A stretch of DNA of 64,000 nucleotides from the human T2T-CHM13v2.0 reference genome, Homo sapiens. The notes below the pieces were generated by a model. It did not search any database and was not told where the DNA came from. It saw nothing but the letters and a program-made list of their open reading frames with translations. A program made the position numbers and the translations under genes. The stretch is taken from the NCBI RefSeq assembly GCF_009914755.1, contig NC_060925.1; one strand, written 5' to 3'. Shown here in pieces: positions 14,301 through 28,805 of this stretch. The stretch's first letter is position 1. Each line of letters starts with the position of its first letter.

Positions 14301-17300
14301 TGGAATTGAATGGAATCATCGAATGGTCTCGATTGGAATCATTATCAAATGGAATCGAATGGAATCACCGAATAGAATCGAATGGAACAATCATCGAATG
14401 GACTCAAATGGAATTATCCTCAAATGGAATCGAATGGAATTATCGAATGCAATCGAATGGAATTATCGAATGCAATCGAATAGAATCATCGAATGGACTC
14501 GAATGGAATCATCGAATGGAATGGAATGGAACAGTCAATGAACTCGAATGGAATCATCATTGAATGGAATCGAATGGAATCATCGAGTGGAATCGAATGG
14601 AATTATGATCAAATGGAATCGAATGTAATCATCTTCAAATGGAATCAAAAATAACCATCATCAATTGGTATTGAATGGAATTGTCATGAAATGGAATTCA
14701 AAGGAATCATCATCAAATGGAACCGAATGGAATCCTCATTGAATGGAAATGAAAGGGGTCATCATCTAATGGAATCGCATGGAATCATCATCAAATGGAA
14801 TCGAATGGAATCATCATCAAATGGAATCTAAAGGAATCATTGAACAGAATTTAATGGAATCGTCATTGAATGAATTGAATGCAATCATCGAATGGTCTCG
14901 AATGGAACCATCTTCTAATGGAAAGGAATGGAATCATCGCATAGAATCGAATGGAATTGTCATCGAATGGAATCGAATGGTATCAACACCAAACGGAAAA
15001 AAACGGAATTATCGAATGGAATCGAAGAGAATCTTCGAACGGACCCGAATGGAATCATCTAATGGAATGGAATGGAATAATCCAAGGACTCGAATGCAAT
15101 CATCATCGAATGGAATCGAATGGAATCATCGAATGGACTCGAATGGAATAATCATTGAACGGAATCGAATGGAATCATCATCGGATGGAAACGAATGGAA
15201 TCATCATCGAATGGGAATGAAAGGAGTCATCATCTAATGGAATTGCATGGAATCATCATAAAATGGAATCGAATGGAATCAACATCAAATGGAATCAAAT
15301 GGAATCATTGAACGGAATTGAATGGAATCGTCATCGAATGAATTGAATGCAATCATCGAATGGTCTCGAATGGAATCATCTTCAAATGGAATGGAATGGA
15401 ATCATCGCATAGAATCGAATGGAATTATCATCGAATGGAATCGAATGGTATCAACATCAAACGGAAAATAACGGAATTATCGAATGGAATCGAAGAGAAT
15501 CTTCGAACGTACCCGAATGGAATCATCTAATGGAGTGGAATGGAATAATCCATGGACTCGAATGCAATCATCATCGAATGGAATCGAATGGAATCATCGA
15601 ATGGACTCGAATGGAATAATCATTGAACGGAATCGAATGGAATCATCATCGGATGGAAATGAATGGAATCATCATCGAATGGAATCGAATAGAATTATGG
15701 AATGAAATCCAGTGTGATCATCATCGAATGGACCCGAATGGAATCATCATCCAACGGAAGCTAATGGAATCAACATCGAATGAATCGAATGGAAACACCA
15801 TCGAATTGAAACGAATGGAATTATCATGAAATTGAAATGGATGGACTCATCATCGAATGGATTCGAATGGAATCATCGAATAAAATTGATTGAAATTATC
15901 ATCAAATGGAATCGAATGGTATCATTGAATGGAATCGAATGGAATCATCATCAGATGGAAATGAATGGAATCGTCATAGAATGGAATCGAATGGATTCAT
16001 TGAATGGAATCAGATGGAATCATCGAATGGACTGGAATGGAATCATTGAATGGACTCGAAAGGGATCATTATTGAATGGAATTGAATGGAATCATCGAAT
16101 GGTCTCGATTGGAATCATTATCAAATGGAATCGAATGGAATCACCGAATAGAATCGAATGGAACAATCATCGAATGGACTCAAATGGAATTATCCTCAAA
16201 TGGAATCGAATGGAATTATCGAATGCAATCGAATGGAATTATCGAATGCAATCGAATAGAATCATCGAATGGACTCGAATGGAATCATCGAATGGAATGG
16301 AATGGAACAGTCAATGAACTCGAATGGAATCATCATTGAATGGAATCGAATGGAATCATCGAGTGGAATCGAATGGAATTATGATCAAATGGAATCGAAT
16401 GTAATCATCATCAAATGGAATCAAAAATAACCATCATCAATTGGTATTGAATGGAATTGTCATCAAATGGAATTCAAAGGAAACATCATCAAATGGAACC
16501 GAATGGAATCCTCATTGAATGGAAATGAAAGGGGTCATCATCTAATGGAATCGCATGGAATCATCATCAAATGGAATCGAATGGAATCATCATCAAATGG
16601 AATCTAATGGAATCATTGAACAGAATTTAATGGAATCGTCATCGAATGAATTGAATGCAATCATCGAATGGTCTCGAATGGAACCATCTTCTAATGGAAA
16701 GGAATGGAATCATCGCATAGAATCGAATGGAATTCTCATCGAATGGAATCGAATGGTATCAACACCAAACGGAAAAAAACGGAAATATCGAATGGAATCG
16801 AAGAGAATCTTCGAACGGACCCGAATGGAATCATCTAATGGAATGGAATGGAATAATCCATGGACTCGAATGCAATCATCATCGAATGGAATCGAATGGA
16901 ATCATCGAATGGACTCGAATGGAATAATCATTGAACGGAATCGAATGGAATCATCATCGGATGGAAACGAATGGAATCATCATCGAATGGAAATGAAAGG
17001 AGTCATCATCTAATGGAATTGCATGGAATCATCACCAAATGGAATCGAATGGAATCAACATCAAATGGAATCAAATGGAATCATTGAATGGAATTGAATG
17101 GAATCGTCATTGAATGAATTGAATGCAATCATCGAATGGTCTCGAATGGAATCATCTTCAAATGGAATGGAATGGAATCATCGCATAGAATCGAATGGAA
17201 TTATCATCGAATGGAATCGAATGGAATCAACATCAAACGGAAAAAAACGGAATTATCGAATGGAATCGAAGAGAATCATCGAATGGACCCGAATGGAATC

Positions 17301-20300
17301 ATCTAATGGAATGGAATGGAATAATCCATGGACTCGAATGCAATCATCATCGAATGGAATCGAATGGAATCATCGAATGGACTCGAATGGAATAATCATT
17401 GAACGGAATCGAATGGAATCATCATCGGATGGAAATGAATGGAATCATCATCGAATGGAATCGAATAGAATTATGGAATGAAATCCAGTGTGATCATCAT
17501 CGAATGGACCCGAATGGAATCATCATCCAACGGAAGCTAATGGAATCAACATCGAATGAATCAAATGGAAACACCATCGAATTGAAACGAATGGAATTAC
17601 CATGAAATTGAAATGGATGGACTCATCATCAAATGGATTCGAGTGGAATCATCGAATAAAATTGATTGAAATCATCATCGTATGGAATCGAATGGTATCA
17701 TTGAATGGAATCGAATGGAATCATCTTCAGATGGAAATGAAAGGAATCATCATAGAATGGAATCGAATGGATTCATTGAATGGAATCAGATGGAATCATT
17801 GAATGGACTGGAATGGAATCATTGAATGGACTCGAAAGGGATCATTATTGAATGGAATTGAATGGAATCATCGAATGGTCTCGATTGGAATCATTATCAA
17901 ATGGAATCGAATGGAATCACCGAATAGAATCGAATGGAACAATCATCGAATGGACTCAAATGGAATTATCCTCAAATGGAATGGAATGGAATTATCGAAT
18001 GCAATCGAATGGAATTATCGAATGCAATCGAATAGAATCATCGAATGGACTCGAATGGAATCATCGAATGGAATGGAATGGAACAGTCAATGAACTCGAA
18101 TGGAATCATCATTGAATGGAATCGAATGGAATCATCGAGTGGAATCGAATGTAATCATCATCAAATGGAATCGAATGTAATCATCATCAAGTGGAATCAA
18201 AAATAACCATCATCAATTGGTATTGAATGGAATTCTCATCAAATGGAATTCAAAGGAATCATCATCAAATGGAACCGAATGAAATCCTCATTGAATGGAA
18301 ATGAAAGGGGTCATCATCTAATGGAATCGCATGGAATCATCATCAAATGGAATCGAATGGAATCATCATCAAATGGAATCTAATGGAATCATTGAAAAGA
18401 ATTGAATGGAATCGTCATCGAATGAATTGAATGCAATCATCGAATGGTCTCGAATGGAATCATCTTCTAATGGAAAGGAATGGAATCATCGCATAGAATC
18501 GAATGGAATTATCATCGAATGGAATCGAATGGTATCAACACCAAACGGAAAAAAACGGAATTATCGGATGGAATCGAAGAGAATCTTCGAACGGACCCGA
18601 ATGGAATCATCTAATGGAATGAAATGGAATAATCCATGGACTCGAATGCAATCATCATCGAATGGAATCGAATGGAATCATCGAATGGACACGAATGGAA
18701 TAATCATTGAACGGAATCGAATGGAATCATCATCGGATGGAAACGAATGGAATCATCATCGAATGGAAATGAAAGGAGTCATCATCTAATGGAATTGCAT
18801 GGAATCATCATAAAATGGAATCGAATGGAATCAACATCAAATGGAATCAAATGGAATCATTGAACGGAATTGAATGGAATCGTCATCGAATGAATTGACT
18901 GCAATCATCGAATGGTCTCGAATGGAATCATCTTCAAATGGAATGGAATGGAATCATCGCATAGAATCGAATGGAATTATCATCGAATGGAATCGAATGG
19001 AATCAACATCAAACGGAAAAAAACGGAATTATCGAATGGAATCGAAGAGAATCATCGAATGGACCCGAATGGAATCATCTAATGGAATGGAATGGAATAA
19101 TCCATGGACTCGAATGCAATCATCATCGAATGGAATCGAATGGAATCATCGAATGGACTCGAATGGAATAATCATTGAACGGAATCGAATGGAATCATCA
19201 TCGGATGGAAATTAAAGGAGTCATCATCTAATGGAATTGCATGGAATCATCATAAAATGGAATCGAATTGAATCAACATTAAATGGAATCAAATGGAATC
19301 ATTGAACGGAATTGAATGGAATCGTCATCGAATGAATTGAATGCAATCATCGAATGGTCTCGAATGGAATCATCTTCAAATGGAATGGAATGGAATCATC
19401 GCATAGAATCGAATGGAATTATCAACGAATGGAATCGAATGGAATCAACATCAAACGGAAAAATACGGAATTATCGAATGGAATCGAAGAGAATCATCGA
19501 ATGGACCCGAATGGAATCATCTAATGGAATGGAATGGAATAATCCATGGACTCGAATGCAATCATCATCGAATGGAATCGAATGGAATCATCGAATGGAC
19601 TCGTATGGAATAATGATTGAACGGAATCGAATGGCATCGTCATCGGATGGAAATGAATGGAATCATCATCGAATGGAATCGAATAGAATTATGGAATGAA
19701 ATCCAGTGTGATCATCATCGAATGGACCCGAATGGAATCATCATCCAACGGAAGCTAATGGAATCAACATCGAATGAATCGAATGGAAACACCATCGAAT
19801 TGAAACGAATGGAATTACCATGAAATTGAAATGGATGGACTCATCATCGAATGGATTCGAATGGAATCATCGAATAAAATTGATTGAAATCATAATCGAA
19901 TGGAATCGAATGGTATCATTGAATGGAATCGAATGGAATCATCATCAGATGGAAATGAATGGAATCGTCATAGAATGGAATCGAATGGATTCATTGAATG
20001 GAATCAGATGGAATCATCGAATGGACTGGAATGGAATCATTGAATGGACTCGAAAGGGATCATTATTGAATGGAATTGAATGGAATCATCGAATGGTCTC
20101 GATTGGAATCATTATCAAATGGAATCGAATGGATTCACCGAATAGAATCGAATGGAACAATCATCGAATGGACTCAAATGGAATTATCCTCAAATGGAAT
20201 CGAATGGAATTATCGAATGCAATCGAATGGAATTATCGAATGCAATCGAATAGAATCATCGAATGGACTCGAATGGAATCATCGAATGGAATGGAATGGA

Positions 20301-20623
20301 ACAGTCAATGAACTCGAATGGAATCATCATTGAATGGAATCGAATGGAATCATCGAGTGGAATCGAATGGAATTATGATCAAATGGAATCGACTGTAATC
20401 ATCATCAAATGGAATCAAAAATAACCATCATCAACTGGTATTGAATGGAATTCTCATCAAATGGAATTCAAAGGAATCATCATCAAATGGAACTGAATGG
20501 AATCCTCATTGAATGGAAATGAAAGGGGTCATCATCTAATGGAATCGCATGGAATCATCATCAAATGGAATCGAATGGAATCATCATCAAATGGAATCTG
20601 ATGGAATCATTGAACAGAATTGA

Positions 20624-21091
20624 ATGGAATCGTCATCGAATGAATTGAATGCAATCATCGAATGGTCTCGAATGGAATCACATTCTAATGGAAAGGAATG
20701 GAATCATCGCATAGAATCGAATGGAATTAACATTGAATGGACTCGAATGGAATCAACATCAAACGGAATCAAGCGGAATTATCGAATGGAATCGAAGAGA
20801 ATCATCGAATGGACTCGAATGGAATCATCTAATGGAATGGAATGGAATAATCCACGGACTCGAATGCAATCATCATCGTATAGAATCGAATGGAATCATC
20901 GAATGGACTCGAATGGAATAACCATTGAACGGAATCGAATGGAATCATCATCGGATGGAAACGAATGGAATCATCATCGAATGGAAATGAAAGGAGTCAT
21001 CATCTAATGGAATTGCATGGAATCATCATAAAATGGAATCGAATGGAATCATCATCAAATGGAATCAAATGGAAGCATTGAACGGAATTGA
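20624..21091 (+). repeat. A* divergent A-type subunit; relatives at 23310, 28191, 31577, 50457
   Basis: Linked diagnostic variants AATTAACATTGAATGGACTCG, ACGGAATCAAGC(G/C)G instead of ACGGAAAAAAACGG, AATCCACGGAC, and upstream GAATCTGATGG. Confidence 0.88.
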
Positions 21092-24000
21092 ATGGAATCG
21101 TCATCGAATGAATTGAATGCAACCATCGAATGATCTCGAATGGAATCATCTTCAAATGGAATGGAATGGAATCATCGCATAGAATCGAATGGAATTATCA
21201 TCGAATGGAATCGAATGGTATCAACATCAAACGGAAAAAAACGGTATAATCGAATGGAATCAAAGAGAATCTTCGAATGGACCCGAATGGAATCATCTAA
21301 TGGAATGGAATGGAATAATCCATGGACACGAATGCAATCATCATCGAATGGAATCGAATGGAATCATCGAATGGACTCGAATGGAATAATCATTGAACGG
21401 AATCGAATGGAATCATCATCGGATGGAAATGAAAGGAGTCATCATCTAATGGAATTGCATGGAATCATCATAAAATGGAATCGAATGGAATCATCATCAA
21501 ATGGAATCAAATGGAATCATTGAACGGAATTGAATGGAATCGTCATCGAATGAATTGAATGCAATCATCGAATGGTCTCGAATGGGATCATCTTCAAATG
21601 GAATGGAATGGAATCATCGCATAGAATCGAATGGAATTATCATCGAATGGAATCGAATGGAATCAACATCAAACGGAAAAAAACGGAATTATCGAATGGA
21701 ATCGAAGAGAATCATCGAATGGACCCGAATGGAATCATCTAATGGAATGGAATGGAATAATCCATGGACTCGAATGCAATCATCATCGAATGGAATCGAA
21801 TGGAATCATCGAATGGACTCGAATGGAATAATCATTGAACGGAATCGAATGGAATCATCATCGGATGGAAACGAATGGAATCATCATCGAATGGAAATGA
21901 AAGGAGTCATCATCTAATGGAATTGCATGGAATCATCATAAAATGGAATCGAATGGAATCAACATCAAATGGAATCAAATGGAATCATTGAACGGAATTG
22001 AATGGAATCGTCATCGAATGAATTGAATGCAATCATCGAATGGTCTCGAATGGAATCATCTTCAAATGGAATGGAATGGAATCATCGCATAGAATCGAAT
22101 GGAATTATCATCGAATGGATTCGAATGGTATCAACATCAAACGGAAAAAAACGGAATTATCGAATGGAATCAAAGAGAATCTTCGAACGGACCCGAATGG
22201 AATCATCTAATGGAATGGAATGGAATAATCCATGGACTCGAATGCAATCATCATCGAATGGAATCGAATGGAATCATTGAAAGGACTCGTATGGAATAAT
22301 CATTGAACGGAATCGAATGGAATCATCATCGGATGGAAATGAATGGAATCATCATCGAATGGAATCGAATAGAATTATGGAATGAAATCCAGTGTGATCA
22401 TCATCGAATGGACCCGAATGGAATCATCATCCAACGGAAGCTAATGGAATCAACATCCAATGAATCGAATGGAAACACCATCGAATTGAAACGAATGGAA
22501 TTTCCATGAAATTGAAATGGATGGACTCATCATCGAATGGATTCGAATGGAATCATCGAATAAAATTGATTGAAATCATCATCGAATGGAATCGAATGGT
22601 ATCATTGAATGGAATCGAATGGAATCATCATCAGATGGAAATGAATGGAATCGTCATAGAATGGAATCGAATGGATTCATTGAATGGAATCAGATGGAAT
22701 CATCGAATGGACTGGAATGGAATCATTGAATGGACTCGAAAGGGATCATGATTGAATGGAATTGAATGGAATCATCGAATGGTCTCGATTGGAATCATTA
22801 TCAAATGGAATCGAATGGAATCACCGAATAGAATCGAATGGAACAATCATCGAATGGACTCAAATGGAATTATCCTCAAATGGAATGGAATGGAATTATC
22901 GACTGCAATCGAATGGAATTATCGAATGCAATCGAATAGAATCATCGAATGGACTCGAATGGAATCATCGAATGGAATGGAATGGAACAGTCAATGAACT
23001 CGAATGGAATCATCATTGAATGGAATCGAATGGAATCATCGAGTGGAATCGAATGGAATTATGATCAAATGGAATCGAATGTAATCATCATCAAATGGAA
23101 TCAAAAATAACCATCATCAATTGGTATTGAATGGAATTGTCATCAAATGGAATTCAAAGGAATCATCATCAAATGGAACCGAATGGAATCCTCATTGAAT
23201 GGAAATGAAAGGGGTCATCATCTAATGGAATCGCATGGAATCATCATCAAATGGAATCGAAAGGAATCATCATCAAATGGAATCTGATGGAATCATTGAA
23301 CAGAATTGAATGGAATCGTCATCGAATGAATTGAATGCACTCATCGAATGGTCTCGAATGGAATCATCTTCTAATGGAAAGGAATGGAATCATCGCATAA
23401 AATCGAATGGAATTAACATTGAATGGACTCGAATGGAATCAACATCAAACGGAATCAAGCCGAATTATCGAATGGAATCGAAGAGAATCAAAGAATGGAC
23501 TCGAATGGAATCATCTAATGGAATGGAATGGAATAATCCACGGACCCGAATGCAATCATCATCGAATGGAATCGAATGGAATCATCGAATGGACTCGAAT
23601 GGAATAAACATTGAACGGAATCGAATGGAATCATCATCGGATGGAAACGAATGGAATCATCATCGAATGGAAATGAAAGGAATCATCATCTAATGGAATT
23701 GCATGGAATCATCATCAAATGGAATCGAATGGAATCAACATCAAATGGAATCAAATGGAATCATTGAACGGAATTGAATGGAATCGTCATCGAATGAATT
23801 GAATGCAATCATCGAATGGTCTCGAATGGAATCATCTTCAAATGGAATGGAAAGCAATCATCGCATAGAATCGAATGGAATTATCATCGAATGGAATCGA
23901 ATCGTATCAACATCAAACGGAAAAAAACGGAATTATCGAATGGAATCGAAGAGAATCTTCGAACGGACCCGAATGGAATCATCTAATGGAATGGAATGGA

Positions 24001-27000
24001 ACAATCCATGGACTGGTAGGCAAACATCATTGAACGGAATCGAATGGAATCATCATCGGATGGACACGACTGGAATCATCATCGAATGGAAATGAAAGGA
24101 GTCATCATCTAATGGAATTGCATGGAATCATCATAAAATGGAATCAAATGGAATCAACATCAAATGGAATCAAATGGAATCATTGAACGGAATTGAATGG
24201 AATCGTCATCGAATGAATTGAATGCAATCATCGAATGGTCTCGAATGGAATCATCTTCAAATGGAATGGAATGGAATCATCGCATAAAATCGAATGGAAT
24301 TATCATCGAATGGAATCGAATGGAATCAACATCAAACGGAAAAAAACGGAATTATCGAATGGAATCGAATAGAATCATCGAATGGACCCGAATGGAATCA
24401 TCTAATGGAATGGAATGGAATAATCCATGGACTCGAATGCAATCATCATCGAATGGAATCGAATGGAATCATCCAATGGACTCGAATGGAATAATCATTG
24501 AACGGAATCGAATGGAATCATCATCGGATGGAAATGAATGGAATCATCATCGAATGGAATCGAATAGAATTATGGAATGAAATCCAGTGTGATCATCATC
24601 GAATGGACCCGAATTGAATCATCATCCAACGGATTCTAATGGAATCAACATCGAATGAATCAAATGGAAACACCATCGAATTGAAACGAATGGAATTACA
24701 ATGAAATTGAAATGGATGGACTCATCATCGAATGGATTCGAAAGGAATCATCGAATAAAATTGATTGAAATCATCATCGAATGGAATCGAATGGTATCAT
24801 TGAATGGAATCGAATGGAATCATCATCAGATGGAAATGAATGGAATCGTCATAGAATGGAATCGAATGGATTCATTGAATGGAATCAGATGGAATCATCG
24901 AATGGACTGGAAAGGAATCATTGAATGGACTCGAAAGAGATCATTATTGAATTGAATTGAATGGAATCATCGAATGGTCTCGATTGGAATCATTATCAAA
25001 TGGAATCGAATGGAATCACCGAATAGAATCGAATGGAACAATCATCGAAAGGACTCAAATTGAATTATCCTCAAATGGAATCGAATGGAATTATCGAATG
25101 CAATCGAATGGAAATATCGAATGCAATCGAATAGAATCATCGAAGGGACTCGAATGGAATCATCGAATGGAATGGAATGGAACAGTCAATGAAGTCGAAT
25201 GGAATCATCATTGAATGGAATCGAATGGAATCATCGAGTGGAATCGAATGGAATTATGATCAAATGGAATCGAATGTAATCATCATCAAATGGAATCAAA
25301 AATAACCATCATCAATTGGTATTGAATGGAATTGTCATCAAATGAAATTCAAAGGAATCATCATCAAATGGAACCGAATGGAATCCTCATTGAATGGAAA
25401 TGAAAGGGGTCATCATCTAATGGAATCGCATGGAATCATCATCAAATGGAATCGAATGGAATCATCATCAAATGGAATCTAATGGAATCATTGAACAGAA
25501 TTGAATGGAATCGTCATCGAATGAATTGAATGCAATCATCGAATGGTCTCGAATGGAATCATCTTCTAATGGAAAGGAACGGAATCATCTCATAGAATCG
25601 AATGGAATTATCATCGAATGGAATCGAATGGTATCAACACCAAACGGAAAAAAACGGAATTATCGAATGGAATCGAAGAGAATCTTCGAACGGACCCGAA
25701 TGGAATCATCTAATGGAATGGAATGGAATAATCCATGGACTCGAATGCAATCATCATCGAATGGAATCGAATGGAATCATCGAATAGGCTCGAATGGAAT
25801 AATCATTGAACGGAATCGAATGGAATCATCATCGGATGGAAACGAATGGAATCATCATCGAATGGAAATGAAAGCAGTCATCATCTAATGGAATTGCATG
25901 GAATCATCATAAAATGGAATCGAATGGAATCAACATCAAATGGAATCAAATGGAATCATTGAACGGAATTGAATGGAATCGTCATCGAATGAATTGAATG
26001 CAATCATCGAATGGTCTCGAATGGAATCATCTTCAAATGGAAGGGAATGGAATCATCGCATAGAATCGAATGGAATTATCATCGAATGGAATCGAATGGA
26101 ATCAACATCAAACGGAAAAAAACGGAATTATCGAATGGAATCGAAGAGAATCATCGAATGGACCCGAATGGAATCATCTAATGGTATGGAATGGAATAAT
26201 CCATGGACTCGAATGCAATCATCATCGAATGGAATCGAATGGAATCATCGAATGGACTCGAATGGAATAATCATTGAACGAAATCGAATGGAATTATCAT
26301 CGGATGGAAATGAAAGGAGTCATCATCTAATGGAATTGCATGGAATCATCATAAAATGGAATCGAATGGAATCAACATCAAATGGAATCAAATGGAATCA
26401 TTGAACGGAATTGAATGGAATCATCATCGAATGAATTGAATGCAATCATCGAATGGTCTCGAATGGAATCATCTTCAAATGGAATGGAATGGAATCATCG
26501 CATAGAATCGAATGGAATTATCATCGAATGGAATCGAATGGAATCAACATCAAACGGAAAAAAACGGAATTATCGAATGGAATCGAAGAGAATCATCGAA
26601 TGGACCCGAATGGAATCATCTAATGGAATGGAATGGAATAATCCATGGACTCGAAAGCAATCATCATCGAATGGAATCGAATGGAATCATCGAATGGACT
26701 CGAATGGAATAATCATTGAACGGAATCGAATGGAATCATCATCGGATGGAAACGAATGGAATCATCATCGAATGGAAAAGAAAGGAGTCATCATCTAATG
26801 GAATTGCATGGAATCATCATAAAATGGAATCGAATGGAATCAACATCAAATGGAATCAAATGGAATCATTGAACGGAATTGAATGGAATCGTCATCGAAT
26901 GAATTGAATGCAATCATCGAATGGTCTCGAATGGAATCATCTTCAAATGGAATGGAATGGAATCATCGCATAGAATCGAATGGAATTATCATCGAATGGA

Positions 27001-28190
27001 ATCGAATGGAATCAACATCAAACGGAAAAAAACGGAATTATCGAATGGAATCGAAGAGAATCATCGAATGGACCCGAATGGAATCATCTAATGGAATGGA
27101 ATGGAATAATCCATGGACTCGAATGGAATCATCATCGAATGGAATCGAATGGAATCATCGAATGGACTCGAATGGAATAATCATTGAACGGAATCGAATG
27201 GAATCGTCATCGGATGGAAATGAATGGAATCATCATCGAATGGAATCGAATAGAATTATGGAATGAAATCCAGTGTGATCATCATCGAATGGACCCGAAT
27301 GGAATCATCATCCAACGGAAGCTAATGGAATCAACATCGAATGAATCGAATGGAAACACCATCGAATTGAAACGAATGGAATTACCATGAAATTGAAATG
27401 GATGGACTCATCATCGAATGGATTCGAATGGAATCATCGAATAAAATTGATTGAAATCATCATCGAATGGAATCGAATGGTATCATTGAATGGAATCGAA
27501 TGGAATCATCATCAGATGGAAATGAATGGAATCGTCATAGAATGGAATCGAATGGATTCATTGAATAGAATCAGATGGAATCATCGAATGGACTGGAATG
27601 GAATCATTGAATGGACTCGAAAGGGATCATTATTGAATGGAATTGAATGGAATCATCGAATGGTCTCGATTGGAATCATTATCAAATGGAATCGAATGGA
27701 ATCACCGAATAGAATCGAATGGAACAATCATCGAATGGATTCAAATGGAATTATCCTCAAATGGAATGGAATGGAATTATCGAATGCAATCGAATGGAAT
27801 TATCGAATGCAATCGAATAGAATCATCGAATGGACTCGAACGGAATCATCGAATGGAATGGAATGGAACAGTCAATGAACTCGAATGGAATCATCATTGA
27901 ATGGAATCGAATCGAATCATCGAGTGGAATCGAATGGAATTATGATCAAATGGAATCGAATGTAATCATCATCAAATGGAATCAAAAATAAACATCATCA
28001 ATTGGTATTGAATGGAATTCTCATCAAATGGAATTCAAAGGAATCATCATCACATGGAACTGAATGGAATCCTCATTGAATGGAAATGAAAGGGGTCATC
28101 ATCTAATGGAATCGCATGGAATCATCATCAAATGGAATCGAATGGAATCATCATCAAATGGAATCTGATGGAATCATTGAACAGAATAGA

Positions 28191-28805
28191 ATGGAATCGT
28201 CATCGAATGAATTGAATGCAATCATCGAATGGTCTCGAATGTAATCACATTCTAATGGAAAGGAATGGAATCATCGCATAGAATCGAATGGAATTAACAT
28301 TGAATGGACTCGAATGGAATCAACATCAAACGGAATCAAGCGGAATTATCGAATGGAATCGAAGAGAATCATCGAATGGTCTCGAATGGAATCATCCTCT
28401 AATGGAAAGGAATGGAATCATCGCATAGAATCGAATGGAATTAACATTGAATGGACTCGAATGGAATCAACATCAAATGGAATCAAGCGGAATTATCGAA
28501 TGAAATCGAAGAGAATCATCGAATGGACTCGAATGGAATCATCTAATGGAATGGAATGGAATAATCCACGGACTCGAATGCAATCATCATCGTATAGAAT
28601 CGAATGGAATCATCGAAAGGACTCGAATGGAATAACCATTGAACGGAATCGAATGGAATCATCATCGGATGGAAACGAATGGAATCATCATCGAATGGAA
28701 ATGAAAGGAGTCATCATCTAATGGAATTGCATGGAATCATCATCAAATGGAATCGAATGGAATCATCATCAAATGGAATCAAATGGAATCATTGAACGGA
28801 ATTGA
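28191..28805 (+). repeat. A* subunit with internal 147-bp tandem duplication (615 bp); also 31577-32191 and 50457-51071
   Basis: ATGGAATCAACATCAAA..GGAATCAAGCGG occurs at 28314 and 28461 (147 apart). Subunit length 615 = 468+147. Confidence 0.88.

Noticed and set aside
24014-24026. Possible foreign or mobile-element insertion (GGTAGGCAAAC)
   Set aside because: It aligns without gaps to the satellite with four substitutions; no added length, target-site duplication or poly-A. Kept only as a mutation cluster.
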